Positions 1-10,684 of a DNA stretch of 64,000 nucleotides are shown here, piece by piece (positions within the stretch are counted from its first letter, which is position 1; every line of letters begins with the position of its first letter). The notes beneath the pieces are model-generated. The model saw nothing but the letters and a program-made list of their open reading frames with translations, was not told the origin of the DNA and did not search any database. The stretch comes from an uncultured virus (IMG/VR IMGVR_UViG_3300013132_000024) (Duplodnaviria > Heunggongvirae > Uroviricota > Caudoviricetes), in the IMG/VR virus record IMGVR_UViG_3300013132_000024. One strand, given 5' to 3'. The position numbers and the translations under genes are program-made.

Positions 1-92
1 AGATACTGCTGTACGTACTGCTGTACGTACTTCTAAACTTATATTTATCATAGATCACCAGTTGTCTAGTTATTTAGCTAGTTAGCTAGTGT

Positions 93-121
93 ATTATACT
101 CTCTTTTTAATAAAAAATAAA
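93..121 (-). promoter_or_regulatory. Early (sigma70-like) phage promoter
   Basis: Minus strand TTTATT-N17-TATAAT, same family as 8 other sites. Confidence 0.55.
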
Positions 122-128
122 ATTCTTT

Positions 129-905
129 TTATCTATTATCAGTTTCTTTTATTTTTCTAATAGTCCAGAAATCATCAGATAATTCAGTATTAACAACATA
201 ATCGTAAGGCATATAATAATATCCTTTATCGCCTACTTCAGTTCCCCAGGAATTATGAATAGTAAATAATTTAGTTTCATCATTATAACCACAACATACT
301 ACAGCATGACCTCCTTCAGATTTTTCTTTCGTAGAAGGCATAGGAATAAATCCACCATTATTATCTGCATCATAAGAAGATTCGTACACCATAAATCCAA
401 ATATAAAAGGAAATCCTAATGTTAGACACATTTTTAGATTGTTAATTTTAGCATTATTAATTCTAAAATATTCTATAGTTTTATACATAGAAGCATTTTG
501 ATATGCTTTTGTTACAGGTTTGTTTTTAAATTTAGAAATCTCATAAGGCCATAAAGATTCATCACAAAAACCAATACGATTAACTGTTTTCATACCAGTT
601 CTAATTTCTGCTCCTGCGTCTTCACTAATTGTTCCTTCTAATAATCTTTCATTATAATAAATGAATAACCTAGAAGGAATAAATTCAGGAGTTTCTTTGT
701 TTCTTGTTCTTTCAAATTTAACAGCAGCAGCAATAGATTGTGCAGTACAAGAACCTAAATCTCCTTGATCCCATATAGGCGGCATTTGTGATCTTAAATC
801 TACCATTTTTGGCAACTTATATGCTTTTTTAGGAGCAACAGATGCAAATTTTTTATCTCTAAAGTCTGGAGTATCTGGTCTCCAACCATATTTTCTTTGT
901 TTCAT
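129..905 (-). CDS. Papain-like C1 cysteine peptidase
   Basis: DQGDLGSCTA (Gln oxyanion, catalytic Cys), GGHAV (His), NSWG (Asn). Confidence 0.9.
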   Translation of the reverse strand: MKQRKYGWRPDTPDFRDKKFASVAPKKAYKLPKMVDLRSQMPPIWDQGDLGSCTAQSIAAAVKFERTRNKETPEFIPSRLFIYYNERLLEGTISEDAGAEIRTGMKTVNRIGFCDESLWPYEISKFKNKPVTKAYQNASMYKTIEYFRINNAKINNLKMCLTLGFPFIFGFMVYESSYDADNNGGFIPMPSTKEKSEGGHAVVCCGYNDETKLFTIHNSWGTEVGDKGYYYMPYDYVVNTELSDDFWTIRKIKETDNR

Positions 906-916
906 ATAAATCCTTT

Positions 917-1882
917 TTAATGTAAATCAATACTATCTTCGTTACGTTGACGAAAATATCTACGAATATCATCACGAAGTTTAATGTACTTTTCTCCTGT
1001 ATGTACATTTAATCTTAACATTCCTTGAGAATCTTCAACAACATCTTTATATGGATTATAATGATTCTTAGTTAAAACATCCCATCTTTCAACATACTTT
1101 CTATCTTTTTTAGATCCATGCCAAAAATGCGATATTGTACCAGCAACATATCCAACATTTCTTCTAAAATGATATGTAACCATATCTTGCCAATTATTTA
1201 CATATTCCTTATATGCTTTAGTTATTGTTCTAGGATAAGACCTTTGAGCTTGACCTATTAATGCTAAAGCCATATGATGATCTCCAGCTCCTAATATAGC
1301 TCTATCCAATAAAGGAACTCTATCTATAGCTGACCTTCTTGCTGCCCAAGCCCACCCAGGATGCCAGAAATCTTTCTTTTCTACATAATATCCACCATAT
1401 CCTGCACCCTGTGGTGTACAATTTTCATTATTAAAATATTGATACATAAAAGATTTATGCATATTAACAATTTCGCCAGTAGGACCAAGATCAATTGCAT
1501 GAGAAAACATTTGAACCCAATGATAATGTTGTAACTGTTGTGCAGTTTCTAAAATAATATCTGGTCTTTGAAATTGCACATCACCATCAACCCAAGCAAC
1601 ATATTGCCATTCTGGATCTATTTGATTAAGATATTGAATACCAATATTAATCATATTTTCTTTATGCCATAATTCTTGATCTGTCCTTAATTGAACATGA
1701 AACAAATTATCGCGTTCTGTTAACTGAAATTCTCTTTTACCAAAAGCTTGTTCAACAATAATCAATTTAGCACCAACATTATTCATATATTGTTCAAATT
1801 GTTTAAATAATTGCCATCTTCTTTGATAACGAACTGGATTTGAACATACTGATATTACATAAAATTTAGATATATCTAACAT
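917..1882 (-). CDS. Glycosyltransferase-like (GT-A-like) protein
   Basis: 321 aa; WHKENMIN and WVDGD (DxD) motifs. Confidence 0.5.
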   Translation of the reverse strand: MLDISKFYVISVCSNPVRYQRRWQLFKQFEQYMNNVGAKLIIVEQAFGKREFQLTERDNLFHVQLRTDQELWHKENMINIGIQYLNQIDPEWQYVAWVDGDVQFQRPDIILETAQQLQHYHWVQMFSHAIDLGPTGEIVNMHKSFMYQYFNNENCTPQGAGYGGYYVEKKDFWHPGWAWAARRSAIDRVPLLDRAILGAGDHHMALALIGQAQRSYPRTITKAYKEYVNNWQDMVTYHFRRNVGYVAGTISHFWHGSKKDRKYVERWDVLTKNHYNPYKDVVEDSQGMLRLNVHTGEKYIKLRDDIRRYFRQRNEDSIDLH

Positions 1883-1902
1883 TATTATCCTCTATAATGG
1901 GT

Positions 1903-2376
1903 TTATTTTTCTGCTTGTATTCTTAAAAACTTATCAGCAACAGAAGATGCAGCCCAACTGTCTGGTTTAATTAAAGGCACAACATTACATGTCCCTTTAA
2001 TATAACCAATAGCTTGATCTACTATTTGATTAGAAATATATTTTTTAGAAGGATTTAAATCCAAATGCACTTGTACTTCTCTATCACCTATAGATTCTAT
2101 AAGCTCTAGATACAACTCCGATGCTTTATAAACCTCTTGCATTAATCTAAACAAAGGTTTTCTTTTATCTTTAGTATAATCTATTTGAGATTCTTTTCTA
2201 CCAAATACTTTAGCACCATTTCTTCCATTATGATGTATTACCACAACGGAATAATAATTTACAATCCATTTACCATTTTTTAATTTCTTTACTTCAGAAT
2301 CAGAACCAATATAAATTTTAGAACTCTCGCTCTCATTGAGAATAAATTCTTTCACTTCATCAATATCGAATTTCAT
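1903..2376 (-). CDS. RNase H-like YkuK-family protein
   Basis: IYIGSDS, E, VHLDLN, AASSVAD acidic motifs. Confidence 0.7.
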   Translation of the reverse strand: MKFDIDEVKEFILNESESSKIYIGSDSEVKKLKNGKWIVNYYSVVVIHHNGRNGAKVFGRKESQIDYTKDKRKPLFRLMQEVYKASELYLELIESIGDREVQVHLDLNPSKKYISNQIVDQAIGYIKGTCNVVPLIKPDSWAASSVADKFLRIQAEK

Positions 2377-2662
2377 TTTATTATACCCTATAATTGGTCG
2401 GTAATTTCGCTGATTTAACTATTTCTGTACTTTTATTTAGTTCTTCTTTTTTAGAAATCACTTCTTTAATAGAAATTAAATCATAATCAATCATCATATT
2501 AATAATATCTTCAGCATAGAAAGACAATCTATCTTTCTTCCAAAGCAATACTTGCTCTAGAAGCATTTCTACCCCTGCGTAATTCATTTCTTTCCGTTCC
2601 TGATATTGTTAATACTTTGTAAAATTGGCATATTATAATCTTTCTTCTTGGTATAATCAATG

Positions 2663-3049
2663 TCATATTAAATGTTTTCTTGTTATTTTACATGATACCC
2701 AATAATTATAAAAATTCTCATCTACTAACGCATTCTGATTCAATATTTCTTTCGTTTCGTAATAAGAACACCATCCTTTAGATTTACATAAATGTAATAT
2801 ATGTCTCTCTATTATATGTCCATTTTTTATATCTTCGTTGAGTATATTATTCGAACCTGTATACATAATCCAATCAGAAGATATTCTTTTACGTTTCTTT
2901 TTTTTATTCTTTTGATATATTTTAGATTTTGTAAACAATTTTTTGCCGATATATTTCTTTCCATTGGTAAGATTATGAATAATATATACAAATCCTACAT
3001 TATCTTCTATATAATCTTCTTTAAACTCTTCGTTTTTATAAATCCACAT
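2663..3049 (-). CDS. Short GIY-YIG nuclease-domain protein
   Basis: GFVYIIHNLTNGKKYIGKK motif; TATAAATA just upstream. Confidence 0.7.
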   Translation of the reverse strand: MWIYKNEEFKEDYIEDNVGFVYIIHNLTNGKKYIGKKLFTKSKIYQKNKKKKRKRISSDWIMYTGSNNILNEDIKNGHIIERHILHLCKSKGWCSYYETKEILNQNALVDENFYNYWVSCKITRKHLI

Positions 3050-3074
3050 ACTAGATATCCAATTAAATATCTAG

Positions 3075-3082
3075 TATTTATA
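3075..3082 (-). promoter_or_regulatory. T4-type late promoter
   Basis: TATAAATA 25 nt upstream of 2663..3049. Confidence 0.5.
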
Positions 3083-3085
3083 TGT

Positions 3086-3409
3086 TTACTTGAAAATATT
3101 TTTCAAATCAACACCAACAAAATTAGCAATTTCTTTGATAAATCTAATTTTTTCTTCCATTTCACAATCTGGTTGATTTGTTTTTTCGTCAAATTTCTTT
3201 GCTGCCTCTAAAAGTTTCTTGAGTTCTTCTATTTCTTTTTTAAGAGCCTCAAATTCTTCTTGTGTTGGACCCGATTGAATTGTTGGTGTTATATATGGAA
3301 CAGGAGTTTCTGGTTCATATGGATATGGTATAATTGGTGTTGGATACCATGGATATCTATTAGGAAAATCCTTTTTCCAATAATCTCCTATATTACTTAC
3401 TATGCACAT
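3086..3409 (-). CDS. Hypothetical protein
   Basis: 107 aa ORF, coupled to neighbours. Confidence 0.6.
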   Translation of the reverse strand: MCIVSNIGDYWKKDFPNRYPWYPTPIIPYPYEPETPVPYITPTIQSGPTQEEFEALKKEIEELKKLLEAAKKFDEKTNQPDCEMEEKIRFIKEIANFVGVDLKNIFK

Positions 3410-3630
3410 TATTCTTCTCCTTCTCCTTCTCCTATTTTATCTTCTTCTTGATGTATTTCTTTATATACTATATCGTACATAGGATCTTCTCCTAAACATT
3501 CATCAAGATTATCGTAATCATATTCTTCAAATGCCTGTATTAGTACATTATATACTTCTTTTCTATTCTCTTCATCAATATCTGTTCTTGTTAACTCGTC
3601 GATAATTAATGTCATTAATCCTGAATTCAT
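3409..3630 (-). CDS. Acidic hypothetical protein
   Basis: 73 aa ORF, coupled to neighbours. Confidence 0.6.
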   Translation of the reverse strand: MNSGLMTLIIDELTRTDIDEENRKEVYNVLIQAFEEYDYDNLDECLGEDPMYDIVYKEIHQEEDKIGEGEGEE

Positions 3631-3774
3631 TTATTTTACTCCAAAAAAAGTTATTACAGCAAGAGTGTACATTCTTTGCCACTCTCGCCATTCTCTGGTC
3701 AATTTTTCATATGGACATAATCTAGGGTCTGTTCCTTCTAATCCTGCTAAAAATCCTTCTATTATTGCTTCCAT
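3631..3774 (-). CDS. Small Rmf (ribosome modulation factor)-like protein, 47 aa, not in ORF track
   Basis: MEAIIEGFLAGLEGTDPRLCPYEKLTREWREWQRMYTLAVITFFGVK; G-aromatic-x-AG-x2-G-x5-CPY...W pattern; fills gap between nrdJ stop and next ATG exactly. Confidence 0.6.
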   Translation of the reverse strand: MEAIIEGFLAGLEGTDPRLCPYEKLTREWREWQRMYTLAVITFFGVK

Positions 3775-3775
3775 T

Positions 3776-5674
3776 TTACACTTCACAATTTCCAGCAGTA
3801 CAAGCTAGTGTTTGTACTCCTTCAACATTATCCTCAAATTCTATCAAAGCATTCCAATCAATAGATTTTGGTGTTTTCTCTAATAATTCTTCGTATTTTT
3901 CTTTAGTAACTGTTTCATATGGTGCTTGTCTATATGTACCACCGTCATAAGGTAAGAACGATATACCTGAAACTTCATCAAAATGTTCGTAAACCCATGC
4001 ACCAACAACCATCCATTCGTCTTCTTTAACAGATATTGTTACTGAAGGTTTATGTTCACACCAGTGACGTTGATATATCAACCATAAATTCAAATGATCT
4101 AATGCCGATATATCAGATCTTAAAATAGCTCCTTCTGGTGCTTTCTTAGGAAAAGTAAATACTGCTGTTGTTTCTGGTTTTGTTACATCTGGTTCGCTTA
4201 AAACTCCAGCAGCACTTAAATGTGAAGTAATAGGATCTTTATAATCTGCTCTTACTCTTCTAAAATAATATTGATCGTGTCTTGGATGTATACCTGATGC
4301 AGCATCTACAAGTTGACTAACTGTACCAGAAGGTTTCACTGCTGTTATAGCTGCTGATTGTGGTATACCTATATCTTCTGCAAACTTTTTATTTGTTATT
4401 ACTGCCATTTCTCTAAAAGCTTCTAATCTAGCAGGAAGCTTTTTATCTTTATAATTATTCAATAATGGAGAATCATATATACCAGTAAATGATACTCCTA
4501 ATAATCTTTCGTTTTCTGTATTTTTCTCCCATATTTTTCTAAGATAAGGGAAATATGTTAATGTTGATTGAAACGTCCCTAGAATAGTGGCTAAATATAT
4601 TTTTCTTAATAACTTTTCTTCAGTATCTTCTGCACGAACAATTACTTCAGTCAAATTACAAAATTGATATGGTCTTAATATAATTTCACTGCATGGATTT
4701 GTACCAAAATCATGATCAAATTCTCTTCTTTCGTTTTTTTCTGCTACTCTTTTAGAAGCATCTCTATTAAATATACCTCTTTCGCCAGATTTTGATTGAT
4801 ATAAGGAAAGCCATTCTTCCATAAACATACCTATTTCTGGTTTTTCGGTATATACAGCAGAATTGTTAGATAATGCTCTTTGAATATTAGCTTCCCACCA
4901 AGCACCTGATTTAGCATGACGCATTCTATCATCGGATAAATTGGATAAAGATATCATTGCTGATCTTCTAACACCACCAACAACGACTACTTCTGCAATT
5001 TTACACATAAGATCATGACATTCAATAGAAGTCAATTTTCTTCCTGATGCATTACGAAACATATTTGTAACAAATTTAAATAAATCATTTAATGGTTCTG
5101 GTCCTGAAGATCTGCCACCAAAAGTTTTTAATCTGGCTCCTTTTGGTCTTAGTTTACTTAAATCCCATTTTGGCATTTCACCAGAATATAATAAAGCGAT
5201 TAACATTCTAAGAGCTTTAGACCAACCTTCTTTAGAATCTTTAACTACTATTGTTGTATCTGATTCGAATAATTGATCTGGTATTTCTGGTAATTTATTA
5301 ATATATTGCCTTTCAACAGAAAATCCAACACCTGTACCATTCATTAAAATATGCATAGCTTCGTCAAAAGATTTTGGATCATCTACTGGCAAATAGGAAC
5401 AATTATATCCTGCTGTATTATCTCTTTCTAATGCTTGACCAGCAGTCATTAATGCCCTCATAGATGGCATTATATCCATATTATAAATGGCAAGATATAA
5501 TTCTTCTTTTAATTCTATTCCTAATTTATAATTATGTTTTTTTAAAAGATGATCTTCTATAAAATTGGTATATCTGGCAACAGTTTCGTGCCAATGTTCT
5601 CTTCTATTAAATAAATCTAAAAATCTAGCATATCTTGATTTATGTATATATTGTTGATATATGTCTAATTCCAT
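3776..5674 (-). CDS. nrdJ: Class II (adenosylcobalamin-dependent) ribonucleotide reductase
   Basis: YNCS, VGGVRRSA, TNPCSEI, KPSGT, C-terminal ACTAGNCEV. Confidence 0.92.
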   Translation of the reverse strand: MELDIYQQYIHKSRYARFLDLFNRREHWHETVARYTNFIEDHLLKKHNYKLGIELKEELYLAIYNMDIMPSMRALMTAGQALERDNTAGYNCSYLPVDDPKSFDEAMHILMNGTGVGFSVERQYINKLPEIPDQLFESDTTIVVKDSKEGWSKALRMLIALLYSGEMPKWDLSKLRPKGARLKTFGGRSSGPEPLNDLFKFVTNMFRNASGRKLTSIECHDLMCKIAEVVVVGGVRRSAMISLSNLSDDRMRHAKSGAWWEANIQRALSNNSAVYTEKPEIGMFMEEWLSLYQSKSGERGIFNRDASKRVAEKNERREFDHDFGTNPCSEIILRPYQFCNLTEVIVRAEDTEEKLLRKIYLATILGTFQSTLTYFPYLRKIWEKNTENERLLGVSFTGIYDSPLLNNYKDKKLPARLEAFREMAVITNKKFAEDIGIPQSAAITAVKPSGTVSQLVDAASGIHPRHDQYYFRRVRADYKDPITSHLSAAGVLSEPDVTKPETTAVFTFPKKAPEGAILRSDISALDHLNLWLIYQRHWCEHKPSVTISVKEDEWMVVGAWVYEHFDEVSGISFLPYDGGTYRQAPYETVTKEKYEELLEKTPKSIDWNALIEFEDNVEGVQTLACTAGNCEV

Positions 5675-5838
5675 CTATTCTCCTTTGTCCCTGGTTATAC
5701 CCAATGGATCTAATCTATCTAGTCTACGTTGTAAATGTTTAAGTTTTAATTCTAATATATCTATTCTTGTTTGTAATAGTATTACAGTATTGTTTGATGG
5801 TTTATTTGAAATTGTCATAAACATATTTCTTAACCAAT

Positions 5839-6495
5839 TCATAGTTCAATATCCTTTAATACAGGAAAATGTTCTATTATATTATTCCAACAAGATAAAG
5901 CTACTTCTCTATGTTCTTTTTGAGTTTCTGGCCCCATACGCAAATTACAATAATGTATCCAAGAACGTAAAGATCCATTCATATACATACGAGATATTGT
6001 TAATCCTTCTGGTAAAACTGCTCTAGATTGTTCTTTAGCTATACCATTAATAACAGCCCATCTATAATTCTCTTCTATTAGATCTATAGTAGCTTTTTGC
6101 CTAGCTTTCCATTCTCTATCTAAAATTAGATCGTCATCTGTTATTTCTATGGAATTTTGTCTGTTTTTTGTATCTTGAAATCTTGTTTCTCTAATAATAA
6201 ACCCCAAATCACTAGTAGGGTCAGCATATCTTTGTGAAAATTCTTGAAAACTAAAACTTCTATGCCTTAATATTTGTCTAGCAATATCTCTGGTTGTTTC
6301 AATTTCCATCACAACATTAATCATCTCAAATGGTGACCAATGTTTATGTTTAGCCAAATATTTTATAAGTTTATTAGATGTTAGTGCGTTATTTTGATTA
6401 GAGGGATTAGACACTCTTGCACAATAGGCAATAAATTCGCTAGGAGTAATTAAATTATCTACAGGTTGTGTTATGGCAATAATATTTGTTTTCAT
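5839..6495 (-). CDS. thyX: FAD-dependent thymidylate synthase
   Basis: HWSPFE and RHRSFSFQEFSQRY signature. Confidence 0.95.
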   Translation of the reverse strand: MKTNIIAITQPVDNLITPSEFIAYCARVSNPSNQNNALTSNKLIKYLAKHKHWSPFEMINVVMEIETTRDIARQILRHRSFSFQEFSQRYADPTSDLGFIIRETRFQDTKNRQNSIEITDDDLILDREWKARQKATIDLIEENYRWAVINGIAKEQSRAVLPEGLTISRMYMNGSLRSWIHYCNLRMGPETQKEHREVALSCWNNIIEHFPVLKDIEL

Positions 6496-7052
6496 AATTT
6501 CCTCAATTTAATTGATCAAATTTTATAGATTTCCATCTATTTGGATAATCAGTTTTGGTTATTTTTTTGCAAGTATAGTCTAAATAATTTGCTATACCTA
6601 CTAATCCTAAATCTTCATCATTATCTAATTCCTGTATTAAAGAATTTAATACAGAAGTTGTAGGTTTATTAGGATATAAACATACGTGTACTAAATCTTC
6701 ATCATCATGTGCTATTATAGCATATTTAAAATCTTCTGCTTGTGCAAACTGATATATTCCTTTGTATTTACTCATAGAAACTATTCAATCTTCCATCCTC
6801 CGAAAAATTTTCTTTTTGTAAGTTTTCTAACCCAAACACCTTTTTTTCCACATTTTCTGCATAATACGGTATTTAGAGACCAAGATTCAACATGACCACA
6901 AGAATGTACATACCTTTCTGCCCAATAAGAATCCATTGAATAATCTACTATCCAACAAACTGAAAATATAAATATCAAAGCAAATATAATTGAAGAAGAA
7001 AATAATACCAATAGAAATAATTCTGCGCTCATATTATATAATATATCTTCTA

Positions 7053-8057
7053 TCATATTTTTCTCCATTTACTTAACATTAACTTAGCAGTTAAGTTTGA
7101 ATATGTGTTTTTATCTATTATACCTTCTATTTCAGTAGCAGAATATCCTGCTAATATCATATCATTTACATCTTTTTGTTGTATATTATTTGGCCATATA
7201 CATACTTTATATCCTTGATTTATGGTTTTATCAAGTTTCTTTATTGTTTCTATTGATCTTGGTTCATTATCATACACAATAATCAATGATTCTCTATCAA
7301 AACCTTTAATAGACCCTAAATCTCCACCAGCAGTTGAAATACTGTTGGATATAAACATAGAATCTATTGGACCTTCAAATACACGAACTGGAATATTAAA
7401 ATTTACAGTATCTAATCCATATACTTTTGGTATAGTTTCATCTATAACTATTGTTATATATCTAATATCAGAATTAATATGTACTGCTCTTCCTTGAAAA
7501 GCATGTATTTCTTGATTGCTATTTATAAATGGGATTAATAGCCTAGCTTCGTCGTGATTTAATGCATCTTTAGAAAATTTATTGGTTATTATCTTATTAG
7601 TAAATTCCATAAAATTAGGACAAGCATATAATTTATGATGAAATGTTGTTGGTATTTTTCTTTTTGTTACAAATTTCTTTACTATATGATTAGAAGGTAA
7701 TTGAGATACTTTTTTAAGATCTTTTAATATAATAGATTGTTCATATTTTTTTGGTTTCAGTTTATCTACAAATGATTTATTACTTTCAGTTTTATTAGAT
7801 TGTAAATTTTCTAATACATAATCAGAATACAATCCTTGATCTATTGTTTTTAATAATTGCGATGCAAGTATTGATACACCACAATTATGACAATGATACA
7901 TCCATTTATCTTTTTTTAGATAAATGTATCCTCTAGATTTATTTTTTTTATTTTGAGAATCACCGCATAAAGGGCAACTAAAATTTAGAACATTACCTTT
8001 TCTTTTGAAGTTACGTAAACGAGAGGATAATAATGTTATGTATTTTATTTCGAGCAA
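7053..8057 (-). CDS. 61: DNA primase (T4 gp61-like)
   Basis: CPLCGDS...CHNC zinc finger, FEGPIDS, YDNEPR, KDVND TOPRIM motifs. Confidence 0.93.
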   Translation of the reverse strand: MLEIKYITLLSSRLRNFKRKGNVLNFSCPLCGDSQNKKNKSRGYIYLKKDKWMYHCHNCGVSILASQLLKTIDQGLYSDYVLENLQSNKTESNKSFVDKLKPKKYEQSIILKDLKKVSQLPSNHIVKKFVTKRKIPTTFHHKLYACPNFMEFTNKIITNKFSKDALNHDEARLLIPFINSNQEIHAFQGRAVHINSDIRYITIVIDETIPKVYGLDTVNFNIPVRVFEGPIDSMFISNSISTAGGDLGSIKGFDRESLIIVYDNEPRSIETIKKLDKTINQGYKVCIWPNNIQQKDVNDMILAGYSATEIEGIIDKNTYSNLTAKLMLSKWRKI

Positions 8058-8339
8058 TCACACACCATAAAATAATTTTTGTTTTTAGTACCAATTGAAA
8101 TTAATTCATACAATTGTAATAATGTTACATAATCACAATATCTTGCCATATTTTGATCCATATTGTCTTGAAAATACAACATAAGCTTTTCTAAAGATTC
8201 AGTAAATTTTTCACGTGTTTCATTGCTTAGATATAATCCACTAGATACTTCATTATCAGAAAACATTAATTCTATAAGACCAGTAGGAACTTGATTGTCC
8301 ATGAAACAAACCTTTTTAATACATCATTAAATACAGTAA

Positions 8340-8368
8340 ATTATACTATCTTTTAAAAAACAGGTAAA
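8340..8368 (-). promoter_or_regulatory. Early (sigma70-like) phage promoter
   Basis: AGAAC-TTTACC-N17-TATAAT. Confidence 0.7.
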
Positions 8369-8543
8369 GTTCTGATTATCTTTCAGTAAGAAAATCAACT
8401 GCTTTAGTAGAAATAAAACTAAGAACAGAAGCAATTGAAATATTAAGAAGGTCTATATCAAAATTGGTACCATTGAAATATAAGTAAGAGATACTTCCTG
8501 CTACAATAATTTTTATTGTTATTAACAACGAATTATGAATCAT

Positions 8544-8834
8544 TTATTTTGGCCCCTGTCCATTTGTTAATTTATTTTTCCAGAAATTTATTATGAAATT
8601 TAGCGCTTCAACACCAGCATATCCACCTATTCCAGCAGAAACATATATCCAAGTAGGATAAAAGAAATTCACAAACATGGAACACATATAACCACTAAAC
8701 GAACAAACTACAATAGTAGCAACCATTCTAGAAATAGAAAAAGTTTCTATTCCTTTTAAATATGTATCTAAATATCTTGCTATACCTCCAAATAATGCTA
8801 AAAGAAGTATTAAAATCTCTTCTGGTAATTTCAA
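8544..8834 (-). CDS. Holin-like membrane protein
   Basis: 96 aa, three hydrophobic segments, LFGGIARYL and AGIGGYAG, charged C-terminus. Confidence 0.55.
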   Translation of the reverse strand: MKLPEEILILLLALFGGIARYLDTYLKGIETFSISRMVATIVVCSFSGYMCSMFVNFFYPTWIYVSAGIGGYAGVEALNFIINFWKNKLTNGQGPK

Positions 8835-9167
8835 TTATTTTGTCCCTTTTTATTATCGCTATAATAACAAAATATTATTGAACAATATCTCTTAACGATT
8901 TAGCTTTTTTTGGTTTTCCTGGCAATGCAGCTTTTGCTTGATCTTGTAATTTTTCGTACCAAGGTCTTCTCATGTTTTTATTATTTAAACTGTTTTTAAT
9001 TCCGTGTACTTGAGTTGGTCCTGTATGTCTAGAATTATCTACTTCTATAGGATTCCATCTTTTAAACATTTTTTTTATTTTCAATAATGGGTCAAAAGAA
9101 GCTACTGGTATACCATCTCCAATAGAATTAGCAGGAATAACAGATTCTGTTTCTTTTAAATTTTTCA

Positions 9168-9551
9168 TTAAATATTCCTTAATTTATAGATAATTAAATC
9201 ATCCATAGAAATTTCTCTGGTATCTATAACTTGTTCTTTTCCTACATTATATATTTTATCAGGCAATATATTTAACAATATTAAAAATGGTTTAACATAT
9301 TTCATTTGATGTTTTAATTTTAAATACAATATACGAGATAATGCTTCCGGACCAAAACAATTGTTTAAAACAATTATATGGTTTAATATTAATCTTTCTT
9401 TTAACTCGCCCTTTTCTATATAACGAGTTATAAGTTTCTTAATATATTTTATACGATTAATATCTTCTATGAATTCTTCGGTAGAATGATATCCATAATT
9501 ATCATAATGAGAGGCACAAAATAGAATAAAATTTTCATCGGTTAATATCAT
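9168..9551 (-). CDS. Conserved T4-like phage hypothetical protein
   Basis: EFIEDINRIKYIKKL...LKERLILNHIIVLNNCFG, recognisable from T4-like phages. Confidence 0.7.
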   Translation of the reverse strand: MILTDENFILFCASHYDNYGYHSTEEFIEDINRIKYIKKLITRYIEKGELKERLILNHIIVLNNCFGPEALSRILYLKLKHQMKYVKPFLILLNILPDKIYNVGKEQVIDTREISMDDLIIYKLRNI

Positions 9552-9829
9552 TAGAAACTTGTTAAATTAATTGAAACCCTTCCCCAAGTATTATTAGATA
9601 CACAAACATATATATACGTGTTATCTGCTCTAATCATTCCTGGTGTACCATTAGATGTAGAATTAGCTGGCACAGAATTAGATATTGATACTGAATTAAT
9701 AAAATTGCCTACAGTAATAACTATAACATTAGCAGTTGTTGCTGGACTTTTTATCCCCACCAGTCTATCTGATGAGGATAAAGATGTCGTTAAAGTAACA
9801 TTAGCTAAAGATTTAGAAGAATTAGGCAT
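9551..9829 (-). CDS. Putative virion structural/fibre-associated protein
   Basis: PANSTSNGTPG...YIYVCVSNNTW motif typical of fibre/decoration proteins. Confidence 0.5.
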   Translation of the reverse strand: MPNSSKSLANVTLTTSLSSSDRLVGIKSPATTANVIVITVGNFINSVSISNSVPANSTSNGTPGMIRADNTYIYVCVSNNTWGRVSINLTSF

Positions 9830-10524
9830 TAGCTGTCAGGCAATACTGAATCGTCAGAAGCATCAGCTACAGAAGCTGGTGTACCATAAGGAGCAGATTG
9901 TGCACCTAGTGATCCCATAGCTACTAATGTTTCATAATGAATTCTTCCTGCTCTTCCACCTGCACGAGAAGTAAAAGTAGCACCAGATCCTCCAGATGCT
10001 CCGCCTGTAGAATTAGCTATAGCTACATTAGGAGTAGCATTAACAGCTGTAAATCCGAATCCTGCATTTGTTAATGTAAGCACTAATGCTCCGCCTGTAG
10101 AATTAGTAGCTACAGTAGCAGTAGCATTACCTCCAGCTGCAGGAGAAGATACAGTAATAACGTCAGTATTATCATAATTTGTAGCAGTTCCTGTATAAGA
10201 AACACTAGCTATTGATCCTGTTCCTGCTTTTCTTATTTGCCAACCTGCGTGTGCTAATTTCCCGGCTTGAGCAGTAGTTTCTGCAGCATCAGCACCAAAA
10301 ATACCAACTGCTACGTTTTCCATAAATGCTCCTGGTGTTGTATTACCAAACATATTAACATTTACAGATGCTCTTGATCCGGCAGAAGTATTTCCAAAGT
10401 GAGCGTTAGCCCCGCCTCCTAACTTAACTGCTGTATATGTGCCTAATGGTGCTCCAGTTGTGCTTTCTACTGTTGTAGTAGAATTAGCAGTTACTGATTG
10501 ATCGTTTCTACCGAATAATGACAT
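9829..10524 (-). CDS. Putative virion structural protein
   Basis: Gly/Ala/Thr/Asn-rich; HAGW and GRAGRIHYETLVAM motifs. Confidence 0.6.
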   Translation of the reverse strand: MSLFGRNDQSVTANSTTTVESTTGAPLGTYTAVKLGGGANAHFGNTSAGSRASVNVNMFGNTTPGAFMENVAVGIFGADAAETTAQAGKLAHAGWQIRKAGTGSIASVSYTGTATNYDNTDVITVSSPAAGGNATATVATNSTGGALVLTLTNAGFGFTAVNATPNVAIANSTGGASGGSGATFTSRAGGRAGRIHYETLVAMGSLGAQSAPYGTPASVADASDDSVLPDS

Positions 10525-10684
10525 ATAATTTCCTCGTAATTAATTGTTTTTATTATTTAGTTATCTTCTACTATAAGCATATTTAAAATATATTGAGATT
10601 GTGCTCTTATCTTTTTTTCTTTACCATTTATAACAATTGTTATAAATTTTTCAGGTTTACCAACCTTTGGTTTTTCTTCTGCCA

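Noticed and set aside
4..31. Tandem TACTGCTGTACG x2.3
   Set aside because: Too short and at the window edge; function cannot be supported
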